From: the human T2T-CHM13v2.0 reference genome, Homo sapiens
Reading direction: 5' to 3' (one strand)
Length of the DNA stretch: 64,000 nt
Assembly: GCF_009914755.1 (NCBI RefSeq)
Contig: NC_060941.1
Under the pieces are notes generated by a model. That model worked only from the letters and a program-made list of their open reading frames with translations, had not been told where the DNA came from and did no database searches. The stretch's first letter is position 1; every line of letters starts with the position of its first letter. The position numbers and the translations under genes are program-made. Of the stretch, positions 19,919 to 38,521 are shown piece after piece.

Positions 19919-20347
19919 AATGTGTCTGTTAGGGATTCCAGACAGAGGGAAAAATATCTGTGAGGAGTCCAAGGTGGAATATAATCAGACGGTCCTCATT
20001 AAATCCCAAAGGAGTCTGCAATCGCCAGCTCTCTCATTCAAAACTCAAAGAGAGGTTTTGAGGGAAGGCAAGGAGAGGACGTTATTGACCATGATGTGTG
20101 GCCACATTCTTGAGGGTCTCAGCCCAGCCCCAGTTGCCTTAGAGGACAGGACCAGGCTGCTTTTAGACTACAGCCGCCATGACTCTCCACACGCTGCGGC
20201 AAGAGTTAAGGCAAAGCCGATAGTACAACACAGCAGTTGTCCCAGGTGAAGCCCTTGTCAACAGGCGTCCTGCGGCTTTGTGACTGATTGTTCTATCCTT
20301 GGCTCGGAGAAGGGGCAGCCATTTGATGTTCAAAAATACCTGTAAGC

Positions 20348-20650
20348 GGCTGAGCTTAGTGGCTCCTGCCTGTAATCCCAGCACTTTGGGAGGCTGAAGC
20401 TGGCGGATCACCTGAGGCCAGGAGTTTGAGACCGGCCTGGCCAACATGGCGAAATCCTGTCTCTATCAAAAATGTAAAAATTAGCCGGGTGTGGTGGTGC
20501 ACTACTATATTCCCAGCTACACAGGAGGCCTAGGCAGGAAAATCACTTGAACTTGGGCGGCAAAGTTTCCAGTGAGCCGAGATCAAGCCACTGCACTCCA
20601 GCCTGGATGACAGAGTGACACCCTGTCTCAAAACAACAACAAGGAAAAAA
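20348..20650 (+). mobile_element. AluS-like element
   Basis: Full Alu; AAAA..CCTGTAA flanking duplication. Confidence 0.9.
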
Positions 20651-20958
20651 CCCTGTAACCTACAGCCATTTAGGTGTAGGGTAGAGCATTTAACCTCATG
20701 GGGTGGATAAATCAATCAAAGTGCTGTTCAGGCCTCCCCAGTCCTTAGTCCAGCAAGGTGACGTTGGCAGAGGGTCTCTCACTGCCCGGGGGAGACAAGT
20801 GAGAATAAACGACAACACAATGACTCCCAACTGTGGGCATTTAAGCGGGAGCCAGGCCTTGTGCTGAACAAGCAGTTCCCTTGTGTATAACCTTAGATGG
20901 TGGGTGTGGCTCTTTATTTTCTTTTTTTACAACTTTTTTTAAAATCTTTTTTTTAATC

Positions 20959-21266
20959 TTTTTTTTTTTTTTTTTTTTTTTTTTTTCCTGAAATAGTCTC
21001 GCTCTGTAGCCCCGGCTGGACTGCAGTGGCGCTATCTCGGCTCACTGCAACCTCCGCCTCCTGGGTTCAGCAATTCTCCTGCCTCAGCCTCCTGAGTAGT
21101 TTGAACTACAGGTGCCCGCCACCATGTCCAGCTAATTTTTGTATTTTTATTAGAGATGGGGTTTCATCATATTGGTCAGGCTGGTCTCAAACTCCTGACC
21201 TTGTGATCTGCCCACCTCAACCTCCCAAAGTGCTGGGATTACAGGCATGAGCCACCGCACCCAGCC
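20959..21266 (-). mobile_element. AluS-like element
   Basis: Long poly-T plus antisense Alu consensus. Confidence 0.9.
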
Positions 21267-21355
21267 TCCAAAAAATTATGTTTTTTGAATCATAAGGCGT
21301 GACTCTTATTCCCACTTTACAGATAAGAATGGGATGCTTAGAGAGGTTTGCCCCA

Positions 21356-22328
<973 letters not shown>

Positions 22329-22964
22329 GAGGAAGTCTGTTGGGCTGTCTGCTGTGTGACAGCTGGCAGAGGGAGGCTGTCCCCAAGGAGTATACAGGGC
22401 AAGGTGCCCAACTAGGCTGAGAGAGGCATGGGCATCCAGTCCTCACAAAGAACAGAGAGGGGCCACCTCCCCTTGCGGCAGGCCCCGGGCTGCCTGCCTG
22501 GAGGAGGGGAACCCCAAAACGTGGGCTGGAGACAAGTGAGTGGGAAAGGAATGTGGTGAAGCACTCAGCTAGCGATCTGGGAACAGTGGCGAGCGCCACA
22601 GACTCATTCACTGAACTGTGAGACTCCAGGAAGCCTTTGTGTGTCTCTGTGCCTGTGTGTTTATAAACTTCTTCCCTTCCAAGTTGGAATCAAGACTTAT
22701 TTGGCAAAGAATGTTGTCCTTGGGGAGGGAGACTGCCCAGAGGTGGAAAACATGTAGATGAATTCGTTTCTTAGAGTTCTAGATATGGCTTATCTGTCCA
22801 AGGCTCTGGCATTTTTCTAAGATAAATAATTGGATTGTTCAAACTGTGAAAATGAACATAGTGAAAACTTTGGAAAACTCTTAGTGTATGAATCTGGGGG
22901 GTCTGTACTGATTTGAAGTGTGACAAAATTGGGGCTTCCATCATTTTTTCTGTGTGTTGAGCGG

Positions 22965-23354
<390 letters not shown>

Positions 23355-23404
23355 TAATTTTTTATTGGATGAGACTAGAAATATGACCTTATATTGTTAG
23401 CTTT

Positions 23405-23730
23405 GTTTTAATTAATTGGTAGACTCTTTTGAGAGTAGTTTTAGGCTTATGGAAACATTGAGTGGGAAGTACAGACAGTCCCTCATATTTCTCTATCCCC
23501 TATGCCCACAGTTTCTCCTATATTAATATCTTGCATTAGGGTGGTGTATTTGTTACAACTGAGCCAATGTTGATGCATTATTATTAATCAAAGTCTATCA
23601 TTTACTTGAGGGTTCACTCTTCACATTGTACATTCTATAGCTTTCGACAAACATAATGATATGTATCCACCATTATGGTATCATATAGAATAGTTTCACT
23701 GCCCTAAACATTCCCTGTGCCACACCTGTT
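23405..23730 (-). mobile_element. L1MC-like 3' end
   Basis: AGTTTTAGGCTTATGGAAACATTGAG...ATCTTGCATTAGGGTGGTGTATTTGTTACAA...AGAATAGTTTCACTGCCCTAAA. Confidence 0.75.
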
Positions 23731-24108
23731 ATTAATAGCTTTTTCAAAGGAAGATTTAGATTTCAGTGTTTTTCCCTTCCACTTTCTTTTAGAAAGTAGA
23801 AATTCTGTTGCATCCTTCCCAGTCACATTTCTACCTTGCTCGGCACTGCTCTCCCACACACACATTCTAAGAAGCTGGTCAAAATAATTCCTCACTGTCA
23901 ACCTCCAAAGGGATGGCCAGGAGATGCTCAGCACCTCAATTTGACATGACAGGCCCTTTAGGAGTTGAGATGTTTACATGACTGTCCCCTGACATTGTAA
24001 TGGGAGGTCGCTTCCCATGGTCCCAGCTCAGGAGTCCCGGGTGGTTTTCATTCCACTCATCCACATACGGGTATTGCTCTCAGTCAGAAGCAACAGAAAC
24101 CCAACTCA

Positions 24109-25017
<909 letters not shown>

Positions 25018-25460
25018 CTTTTATTTGTTTCATTGTGCCAGGGCCTTTAATCTCTTTCATTGTTTGAGGGGATTGGTCTTAATCTAGGAGGGCTGCATAT
25101 CTCCCCAGGTGCACAAATACAAAGTCAGGTTATTTCCTTCTCCTCTGGCCTTTTGTGCCTTTCCTTGTTAAAGGTCCAGTTCACTTACCTCATCTTTGTG
25201 AAGTTGCCCAACTCGGGCAGTTGAGTTGACTTGTAAAGAGGGTGAGTTTGACCCCCACACTTGCCGCAGGGAGACGGTTAGCTGCCTCTCAATCCTGCCA
25301 GGCTAGTTCTTCCCCTCTGTGGCTGGAAACCCAGGCAGGCCCCTGACAACTCTGGCCATCTTTTCTCCAGTCCCTTCAGGTCACAGAACAGTGTCAATTT
25401 AGTCATTAAAAGGTCTGATTCTGCAAAAGAGTGAAAACATCAATTCCCCTTGCAGAGAGA

Positions 25461-26336
<876 letters not shown>

Positions 26337-26619
26337 AACACTTCTGTCCAAGTTAGGACCCGTGTCAGGGAGAAGCCGGTGTCTGGAGAGAAGCAGGGCC
26401 ATCAGTTTTGCTTGCTTTCTGCTCAGTGGTTGGACAGAAAAGTGCCACCCCCTACTCCTCCAAGCAAGGACTTATCCCAGCTCCAGGAGGGCTGACATCT
26501 TCTTCAGGGTTCGCCTCAGCTGCAAAGTGCTGCCTCACCCAAGAGCATGCCTTTTGTTTTCTGGGGGGGTCCATGTACAATGACTGATAGAGGTAGGGGT
26601 TGAAGAGCTGGCCATTTAA

Positions 26620-27800
26620 GTTATTAAAATAATTATCTGAGAGGCTATTAGGCTGGAACAGTTCCAGTGCCTTGGTTTTCTACATAAGCAAACTGAAACC
26701 CAACTCAACATAAACTCAAGCTTAAACAATCAGTAACTGCCAACTAACCTCAAACTAGAGTTTTTACCAATTAAAAAGCACTGACTAAATTCTAACTAGG
26801 GACTTCCTACTTTAACCAATGGAAAATGTTATTTGTCTTTGCCTTCATTAACATTTCTCTACTCTTCTGGGACTGTCCTGCCCAAGCAAATGGTTTGACT
26901 GTTCACTGCAGAATTTCCAGAAAGACCTTATCAGCTCTTCAATGGAAAGCATCAAATGTTACTTGCTATTTGTCTTATTTGTTCATTGTTATTAACAAAT
27001 AACAATGTTATTTGTTATTTGTCTTATTTATCTTTCTGCAGCCACATTATAAAAGTCTCCTTTCCTGCCTGCTCTGGGGAGCACTGAACCACTGGTGGTC
27101 TGGTGCTGCCTAATTCATGAATTGTTGAATGGTCAAATAAACTCATTTAAAAAAAATATTTTTTTGAGACGGAGTCTCGCTCTGTCACCCAGGCTGGAGT
27201 GCAGTGACGTGATCTCAGCTCACTGAAACCTCTGCCTCCCAGGTTCAAGGGATTCTCCTGTCTAAGCTTCTTGAGTAGCTGGGATTACAGGCATGCTCCA
27301 CCATGCCCAGCTAATTTTTTTTTTTTTTTTTTTCTTGAGACAGAGTCTCACTCTTTTGCCCGGGCCGGACTGCAGTGGTGCAATCTCGGCTCACTTCAAG
27401 CTCCGCCTTCCGGGTTCACACTATTCTCCTGCCTCAGCCTCCTGAGTAGCTGTGACTACAGGTGCCCACCACCACGCCTGGCTAATTTTTTGTATTTTTA
27501 GTACTGACAGGGTTTCACCATGTTAGCCAGGATGGTCTTGATCTCCTGACCTCTTGATCTGCCCGCCTCGGCCTCCCAAAGTGCTGGGATTATAGGTGTG
27601 AGCCACCGCACCTGGCATTTTTTTGTATTTTTAATAGAAATGGGGTTTCACCATGTTGGCCAGGCTGGTCTCGAACTCCTGACCTCAGGTGACCTCAGGT
27701 GATCCACCCACCTCGGCCTCCCAAAGTGCTGGGATTTCAGGTGTGAGCCACTGCACCTGGCCTCATTAACATTTTAATATGCCAGAGTTTATCCTTTAAC
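26620..27800 (+). mobile_element. ERV1 LTR (MER57/LTR54-like) containing an AluY nested in an AluS (27159-27762, -)
   Basis: TTAAAATAATTATCTGAGAGGCTATTAGGCTG...AAGCAAACTGAAACCCAACTCA...AATAAACTC; Alu-in-Alu at the A-rich linker. Confidence 0.6.
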
Positions 27801-29237
27801 TAGGCTCCCCACAAGCCATCACACCTCACCTTGCCCCTGCCCACACCTGCTCAGTCCTCTTCCCTTACTCAGGTATTGTTTCCTAAGAAATAAGCCTCCT
27901 GAAGGCCAAACTCCACCTCTGCATCTGCTTCCAGAGAAGCCCACCTGTGAAGCCCTCCCAGCCTTTCACTCCTCTCCGTTTCTGTTAACAGAGGATTCTG
28001 ACTCATCCAGGGCTGAAGTTCAAGGACAGAGATGATAGAAAGAGAGGCAGGAAAGCTCTTATTTCACTGATGCTGCCATGCAGCCCCAGCCTCTGTGCTC
28101 TCTGGACTTGGGACATATTTGAAGCTGACCCTCTCACTGGCACTTACAAGAGTTATTCATGGGCTCAGTCCCCTTCCCATTGGGGGATTCTACCATCTTA
28201 GTGTCAGAAGTGGGCTCCCCAGACATTACCATCACGACCAACTGATAAGACAAAGCTGAGCTTATTGCTTCCAGCAGAGGTGAAAGATAAGGTCAGGATG
28301 TACGGAGAACTGGAAGTTTGGTTTAAAGTGAGTCTTTGGGGGAGGGAGAGTTGGCTTGCTTCAGACAGGGCAGAGATCACAATACAACAGTCCTGGATTG
28401 GTGGGAAAAGCAGGCTAGGATTTTGAACCACAATATTCAAAGAATCTTAGGGTTCAAACTGTTGATGCTTTCCACTGAAGAGCTGATAGGTCTTCCTGGA
28501 AGTTGCTGCAATGAACGGTTGAACCATTTGCTTAAGCAGGACAGTCCCAGAAGAGTAGAGAAATGCAAATGAAGACAGTGGCATAACCAGGTCATGTTAC
28601 TCTAGACTGTAAGGTGTGATTTCCATTCTCACTGTCCAGGACAAGTGTGGGGAAGATGGTTTTGGTTCTGATTAATCATTGGTTCAGGAGACAGACACAC
28701 CCCAGGCCATAGAATCACAGCACTGCTGGGATGCTCAGAAAAAAAGACTTCCTGCTGTTCTCAGTAGGATTTGAACTTGTAATATAAAGTCTGGTTGCTG
28801 CTGGCAGCCACTCTAAGAGGAGAGCCTTCCTGAGGGTATGGTCAACACAGAAGAAAGAAACCAAGCAATGGGAAGAGAGGAACTGGTCCTGAGTGAATCA
28901 TCTGAGCCCCTGTGTTCAGCACCACCTATGCTGGTCGGACACCTGAGCCAGCACTCCGCTGCTTCCACTTAACCTGGCTAGGCCATTTTCTCCTATCAGG
29001 TGTAAATGGGGAATCCCCATGCACTAACAATGGGCCAGTGCTCCTAATCCCGGTGCCCTACTGCGTGTTTGCCTGGACTGGCCTGAGGCAGAGAGGGAGG
29101 TTCCAGTGATATTAAAGTGACTGTTGGCATTGAAGAGTCCCAGTGAATTACACTTTATGATGTTCTCTCCTGCAGCTCTGAACCAGATGAGAGATTGGCA
29201 AAGAAGCTAGGTAGATGACAATCACAATGTCAGCTTT

Positions 29238-29537
<300 letters not shown>

Positions 29538-29989
29538 TTTAAATAAAGTCAGCTTTATTACTGTCACAGCTGGAAAAGAGCATGGCTTAGCTGAGCAACA
29601 ACAACAGATTTCCCAACATTGTACCCCGGAACCAGGCTGACCTGTCCCCTGGTCACAGGCAGTGCTGGGCAAATGGTCCTCTGTAGCTTACTATGCTAAA
29701 TGTGGGCTTCCCATGGGCACCCAGCTCCCACGCAGAGGGAAGGAGCTGGGAGGGCCTGCCTGGCTCCTCCGTGGAAACTCAGAAACTTGAGAATCAGATG
29801 TCACACCTCCTGCCCTGGGGAGGAATGAGGGAGAGGGTGGAGCGAGGCCAGGAGCTTAGCCTAACAAAGCTGCTTTCACAGGCAGCATGAAGCAAGATCT
29901 CAGGAGGTCTCCCGCCACCTCCCCAAGAACTAATCAAAAGCCCAGGAAAGGATTAAATCTAAAGTCCAAGTGGTTTTGTGTTAACTCAG

Positions 29990-30216
29990 AGCTGCTCCAC
30001 TTCAGTGCCACTGACATTCAGTACCAGGTACGTCTTTGCCATGGAGGGGCTGTCCTATGCTTTGGAGGAATGGACTGAGCAGCATCCCTGGCCTCCACCC
30101 ACTGGATGTCCACAGCATCTCATCACCCCCACCTCCCAGTCATGACCAGCAAAATGTCCCCAGACATTGCCAAATGTCCCATGGGGCTGACATGACGCCT
30201 GGTTGAGAACCGCTGG
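29990..30216. mobile_element. MER20 hAT-Charlie DNA transposon
   Basis: GGGGCTGTCCTATGC...AGCAGCATCCCTGGCCTCCACCCACTGGATG...CCAGACATTGCCAAATGTCCC...GGTTGAGAACCGCTG. Confidence 0.85.
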
Positions 30217-31040
30217 GTCAGGTGATTAGAAAGACAAGGATGGGCCCCTCTCCTAGATGCCACAGCTGCAGGAGTCAGGGGAATGCACCCCACCTGGAAA
30301 GGAAAGGACCAGAGGTGAAAAGAAGAGTGAAGCTGTTTCTCCTGGAGATAGGTGTGGTGGCAGGGAGTTAGTGGCAAGGCAGGAGTCTACCACTGGGTGG
30401 GCAAAGAGGAACACATGTGGCAAATCCATGCTGAATAAGTCTGATTCCGCAGGACGACTGAGAAGAGTTCCATGATGGAATAACGTATATGATGTGGGTG
30501 GCGTTTAGGGATACCAACAAGGGGCAGGGAAGCACCCTCAGACAAGCATCCATGGGGCACTCTTGCCTCCACCATGCCTGAGGGTAAGGGCAGGAGGCGG
30601 TCCCCAGGCTGTAGGAGAGAGCCTCTGGGCAGGAGCTGTGGCCGTTGGGAGAATAATGCCACCACTGCTATGCCCAGCCTGTCTAGTCAAATCAATATCC
30701 CACCTTACTTGTGCCTACCCTCTGATCTCTTATGGTGCCTTTCAAAGACCAAACCCAACTGGAAGGTGGGAAATGGGCCCTGGGGGCAGATGAAGATTAC
30801 TCAGCACACACACCATGGAGTACTTTACAAAGTTAGAAGCAATGGATTAGATGCACCCAGGGCCACATGGACCGATCTCAGAAATATAAGAATGGGTGAA
30901 ACAAACAAGCAACAGAATGAGATATATAACCCGATAGCATTTGTGAACATTTAAAATGTATGCCTAGAAAAAATACAAAACATCAATACTCCCTGTACAA
31001 GAATACATGCAAATGAAAGACTCACAGATTATGAGCCTAT

Positions 31041-31340
31041 GGCCAGGCGCGGTGGCTCATGCCTGTAATCCCAGCACTTTGGGAGGCCGAGGCAGGCGGA
31101 TCACTTTGAGCCCAGGAATTTGAGACCATCCTCGCCAACATGGCAAAACCCTGTCTCTACAAAAAATACAAAAATTAGCTGGCATTGGTGGCATGTGCCT
31201 GTAGTCCCCAGCTACTTGGGAGGCTGAGGCCAGAGGATCACTTGAGCCTGGGACCAGGCAGAGAATGCAGGAGCCGTGATCATGCCACTGAACTCCAGCC
31301 TGGGCAACAGAGCAAGACCCTGCCTCAAAAACAAAAAAAG
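31041..31340 (+). mobile_element. AluJ-like element within an old L1 3' fragment (~30810-31400)
   Basis: Alu consensus; ATG(A/T)GCCTATG flanking duplication. Confidence 0.85.
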
Positions 31341-31883
31341 AACATGTGCCTATGATGGGGAGGGGCTGGAGACTGGGATAGGATATGTGGATAAAAGAGA
31401 ATAATTACAAACAAGAGAGGGGACTTACATGGACTAGTGATGAGAAAGTGCCATGAACTAAGGCATATGATTAACTAACTCAAATGTCGGCAAATGAAGT
31501 TTAAAAACAGCGGGGAAAGAAAAGGAAGGGAAGAAGGAAGAGGGAAGATAGCCCATCAGCCCTGTCCAGCATGTCTTGGGGGAGAGGAGTCGGGGTGGGA
31601 GCCCCTCAGGGGCGCTCAGTCTCTGGTCTGGAGGGGCGCAATCCCAGATGGGGAAGGAGTTGCCTCAGGGAGCCTCTCAGAACTTCCTTTTCACTTTTAT
31701 AAAAATGGGAGACACATCAAGAGATTGTACAAGGGCAAATGCCGTCCTCATTTCCCAAAATGATTCTAGAATTTTAAGCCACCAATCTTGACACCTTTGA
31801 TTTTGGAATGAATTCAAGTCCAAAGACCCGAATGGAGCCCCGACTTTGTATCCAGCCGGGTATGAATCATCCAACAGATGGTG

Positions 31884-32006
31884 GGTGCACATTTAGAAAC
31901 CAGCCCGGTGAGCCCTCAGAGACAGGCTCTTAAGACAGCCCTGCCAAGCTAAGCTGATGTTCTCTTCTGACATCAGAGAATTTGTGGGTTCTACTCTTTC
32001 TGGCTT
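31884..32006 (+). repeat. 123-bp dispersed direct repeat, copy 1
   Basis: 111/123 identical (manual alignment) to 33252-33374. Confidence 0.95.
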
Positions 32007-32779
32007 CAGGGATTAGCTGTGGCTCCACAAATTCAAGTCATGGGGAGTGGGGAGGTGGCAACTGTCAGAACAGGAAAGCAGATGTTAGGTGCTAGCTCAG
32101 CCTGAGTCACATGTCCATGCTGGAGCAGAAGCCAGTGGGCACTGTGATTGACAGCACCCTCACCAGGACTCCAGGGAGGTGGGCACACTTGCTGCAAAAC
32201 AGGGGTGCTAATACCGGAAGAAGGCTGATGAGCACACAAAACCAATAACTATGACAGCCCTCTAGGATCCCCTTGGAAGTGGGGATGAGATGTAGGGGAG
32301 TGGAGGAAGAATTTCATCTTTTTTTTTTTTTGAGACAGGGTCTTGCTCTGTCTCCCAGGCTGGAGTGCAGTGGTGCAACCTCCCAGGCTCAATTGATCCA
32401 CCCACCTCAGCCTCCTAAGTTGCTGGGACTACAGGTACTCACCACCGCAACCAGCTAATTTTTTTATTTTCGTAGAGACGGGGTTGCTCAGGCTGTCTTG
32501 AACTCCTGGACTCAAGTGATCTGCCCGCCTCGGCCTCCCAAAGTGCTGGGATTACAGGCGTGAGCCATAACGCCTGGCCCCTATTCTTACTTGTAACAAA
32601 ACAGGCATTTTTGGTTATTTTAATCTACTATTGCCTTTTATACTGGATTTCTGTCACTCGCAATCAAAAGAATCCTGACTGTTCTACAAGCAATATGGGG
32701 GGGGGAAATCATTTTTGTGTTTAATTTCAGTATCCATGTGCTTTGCCATAAATGTTTTTTAAGAATTTTAAACTATTTT

Positions 32780-33086
<307 letters not shown>

Positions 33087-33251
33087 TTAAGGGTTTTTTT
33101 TTTAAATTTTGGTGGTTAATTCTTAATTATGACATGCATTTTAAAGATACGCTTTCAGTGGTTTATCATATTTTCTCTTTTCCACATAAAACTTTTGAAT
33201 TATTTATTGGCAAATGTGACTTGTTTAAAGTGTTAATTTCATGCTTTTGCA

Positions 33252-33374
33252 GGTGTACATTTAGAAATGAGCACAGTGAGCCTGCAGAGACAGGCTCCTA
33301 AGACAGCCCTGCCAAGCTAAGCTGATGTTCTCTTCTGAGACCAGGGAATTTGTGGGTTCCACTCTTTCTGGCTT
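33252..33374 (+). repeat. 123-bp dispersed direct repeat, copy 2
   Basis: 111/123 identical to 31884-32006; abuts TTTTGCAG. Confidence 0.95.
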
Positions 33375-34064
33375 TGGGGAGACTGTCTGACTACAGAAAT
33401 ATTGGCCACCTAAAGAATTTAGGTCCTTGCCACTCGGACAAGCATGACCAGCCCCAGTTCCCACAAAGAAACATCTGTCTTGCTTCATGTCATGGAGTTG
33501 CTTGTATAGTTTAAGTTTCGAGTACTTGTCTGAGCAAGTCTGTCTTTTCATGGATGGCTGAAAATGCTTTATGAAGACGTACACTTCACAAGAGTTAATA
33601 GCAGAAAGCACTGTGTCAAAACCCAAGACATAAATGTAATTAAAATCACATTGTATTTCCTGTTGGTTGCTGAAGTAGACATTAAGAAAGTCTTATCTTT
33701 AATAGTACATTTAAAATTCCCTGTCATAGAAAATTATCTTTAAATGATAGCTCAGAAAAGAAATACAAAAAGCTCTCATGCCATTTATTATTAATGTGAT
33801 TTATGTTAAGTCTGTCAGTGGAATGCTGAAAATGTGCCAATGAGTTAGCTCAAGAAATGATGCAAAATTAAATATTAATGAAGCACTCAAACAAGCACCA
33901 ATTACACTGCAGTATAAGCTTGTAAATATTTCCATAAGTAATTTTCAGTCCGTATTCAGGTAGCACTATGGAGCAAGAAAAGAACCATCATTAATTTATG
34001 CAGAAACCTTTTTTACTAATAAATTTTCCAAATCACAAATTTAATTTTAGCTTTTGATTTTTAA

Positions 34065-34548
<484 letters not shown>

Positions 34549-34575
34549 ATGGAGAGTCTTTATGTTGCAAGTGAT

Positions 34576-34779
34576 AGAAAGCCCAATTCACATGGTTTAA
34601 ACAAGGAGAATTTGCCTGCATGCTTTAGAGAAAAGTGCAAATAAAATGCCGCTTCAGGCAAGATTTTATCCAGCAGCAGAAATCCCAACTCACGTGGCTT
34701 AAACAAAGAGAACTTGCCTACATGCTTACCTGAAATGTATACTTGAAATGTGGCTTCAGGCAGGATTTCATCCTGCAGC
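34576..34779. repeat. 102-bp tandem duplication within an old MLT1-like LTR fragment
   Basis: 34576-34677 and 34678-34779 align throughout (CCCAAyTCACrTGGyTTAAACAA...GCTTCAGGCArGATTT). Confidence 0.85.
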
Positions 34780-36636
34780 TCAAAGGATGTCACCAAGAAC
34801 CTGGTGTCTTTATGCCCTTCCTCTCTGTCTTCTGCTGGGTCAACCCCTTCCTCAGGTCAGTGGCTCCTAGAGTGCACTACCTCTCTCTCTCCCCTTCAAA
34901 ACCAGACCACTCATTCTCCAGCTGTAGGGAAGATTGGCTGCTGATGGCTCACAGCTCTCGCAGCTGAGCCTTCAGGCATTGTTTCATGTTCATAAATGCC
35001 CAGGCTTTATTTATTCCCATCCAAAGACTATCCTCCGCCTAGCCCAAGCTTTATGTGATCTGCCAATGATTGGTCAGTGCAGAAGTACAAAAGCGTAGTC
35101 CTCCTGCCTAGATCTGAGACAACTCTGAAGGGCCACCTCAGGTCCAAAGCTCCCTTTAGCATCAGTTGAGGCTGTGCTGCAACTGCAACCCAGTTCCACT
35201 TTTCCACTTCTCCCTCTGCTCAACCTGCTTCGTTTACTACCTTACAAGTATTGTTTCTGAGACCATGGCCCAGTCACTTCCAGCGTGTAAATATCCATCA
35301 CAAATCTGTTGGCAGGGAGGGACCCAGACATGAGGCAGCTGAGGCCAGGAGTAATTTTTAGGAAGCAGATTCTAAAATAGGTGTTTGGAGCTGGAAGGTG
35401 GAGCAATAATTGCCCCTGGCATTCTAGCGTGGTGTACTTGTTTAAACTTTCACTGGGGATGTGCAGGAATGATGGGAAACTGATGGAAGGGAGGCACTGG
35501 TGGAAGCAAATTCCCAGGCATTTGAGAGGTTTGAGTGAACTAGTAATATAAGGACTGTGAAATCAGATGGCTCTGGGGCTAGCAATGCTTAAAGGAAGAC
35601 AATGAAAGTTTGAGAGTACTTAATCATCAGTTTGAGACAAAGTGTGAAAGTCTCTTGGCAGCATATAGAGACTCTGTAGCTGGAGGGCAGAAAAAGCTAA
35701 GGATCAGCCCGAAGCTTCATTATAAGGGTAATGCAGCTTCAGAGAGGTTGGATTCTCAATCAGAGCACGTCCGCTCTGTCAGGTCATACCCCAGTAGAGA
35801 AGGATCAGAACTCAGAGACTTGGGATGGCACATCTGGGTCAATGCACTAAAAAAATCTTGAATCTCCAGATTCCACTGAACCCACTGGGCCTGCAGAAGC
35901 GGCCCCCTGCCCACTGTTAAGGGCTAAAACTCCCCTCATGCTTGAAGATAGCGCAGGGCCTCTGCTTTGCAAGATGAAATGCACCTCCCTCCTGGCCACC
36001 AGACAAATAGCTATCAAGTCACAACAAAACCGGCCAGGGATGCGCCAGACCTGCTGCTGAGGAAGGAATGAGACTGTACCCTGGAGGAGCTGCAGGAACT
36101 TGCCAACATGTGCTGGCAGGATTCAGGAGAGTAGAGATGGGACTGGATTCTGAGGATGAGGATCAAAACATAGAGCTTGATAGGAAAGAATATTGAATAG
36201 GAGTGTGCTCCTGTGATGCAGGATTTTACCCCCTGGCAAGGACCCCAGGAGAAGGTGCTAGAATGGCTCTTGGAAGCCTAGAAACAGCACTGGCTCAAAC
36301 TAAGTTAAGGAGAAAAGTTCAAACAGCATGGCAGATGGCAGAAGGGATCAAATGGATCAAAGGAGAGGGTTTGCTCAACCGGATCAGCCTGTGTCGGGCC
36401 TGCAAATTCCCCAGCTGACTATGTTCCCTGGGAGAGCCCATAAATCACTCTTTTACCAAAGCAGTAAAGAAGGTGCTGGTGGAGGAGGAGCAGCAGCATC
36501 GAGAAGTCTATCGTTGGCCATTCTCGGGGAGGCCGTGAGGGTGGGAGATGCTGTTACAGAGCGGGGTGGTGGGGGTGGGGGGAGCTGATAGTAATAGGGA
36601 TAAGAGGAGCCCAAAATAATCAAGGCCAAGTGGCAG

Positions 36637-37182
36637 TGTTACAGGAGAGGGGTCCCGATCCAGACCGCAAGAGAGGGTTCTTGGATCTCACGCAAGAAAG
36701 AATTCAGGGTGAGTCTGTAGAGTAAAGTGAAAGCAAGTTTATTAAGAAAGTAGAGGAATAAAAGAATGGCTACTCCATAGACAGAGCAGCCCCGAGGGTG
36801 GCTGGTTGCCCATTCTTATGGTTATTTCTTGATGATATGCTAAACAGGTGGTGGATTATTCATGCCTCCCCTTTTTAGACCGTATAGGGTAACTTCCTGA
36901 CATTGCCACGGCATTTGTAAACTGTCATGGCGCTGATGGTAGTGTAGCTGTGAGGACGACCAGAGGTCACTTTCATCACCATCTTGGTTTTGGTGGGATT
37001 TAGCCGGCTTCTTTACTGAAAACTGTTTTATCAGCAAGGTCTTTATGATCTATATCTTGTGCCAACCTCCTATCTCATCCTGTACTTAGAATGCCTAACT
37101 GTCTGGGAATGCAGCCCAGTGGGTCTCATTTTACCCGGCCCCTATTCAAGATGGAGTTGCTCTGGTTTCAACGCCTCTGATA
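36637..37182 (-). mobile_element. Full-length MER41A solo LTR (ERV1)
   Basis: Matches the MER41 consensus end to end; GCAG 4-bp TSD (36633-36636, 37183-37186); lacks the tandem TTCCGGGAA GAS segment of MER41B. Confidence 0.9.
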
Positions 37183-37303
37183 GCAGCACTTATCTGTCAG
37201 AAGGTGGGCACGATTCTCACACTGAGCAGCAAGGTCAGGGAGGCAGCCAGAGGTCCTGCTGCAGAGAACTAAGTAAATGGTGTTTTTTTCCTTTCTTTTT
37301 TAA

Positions 37304-37456
<153 letters not shown>

Positions 37457-37499
37457 TAATATTCCTAGTGGTAAGATAGATGAGCAGCCAAAAACAGCT

Positions 37500-37853
<354 letters not shown>

Positions 37854-38087
37854 TGATTCCTTGTCCTGTTTCCAGCCTAAGTTAAGATCTAGAACGTCCT
37901 GAATGAAGAAAGACACTGCATCAGCTGGCATATGGACAGGATAAGGTTCCACCAGCCCTTCCACAGGGAGAACTTGAGTAATCATACACTGGGGAAAGAA
38001 TGCAGATCTTTTGAGAACTGTTGAACATAGAGTCCAAATTGACATTGATACCAAGGAAACTGAAGCATCATCACGGCACCTTATTAG

Positions 38088-38521
<434 letters not shown>

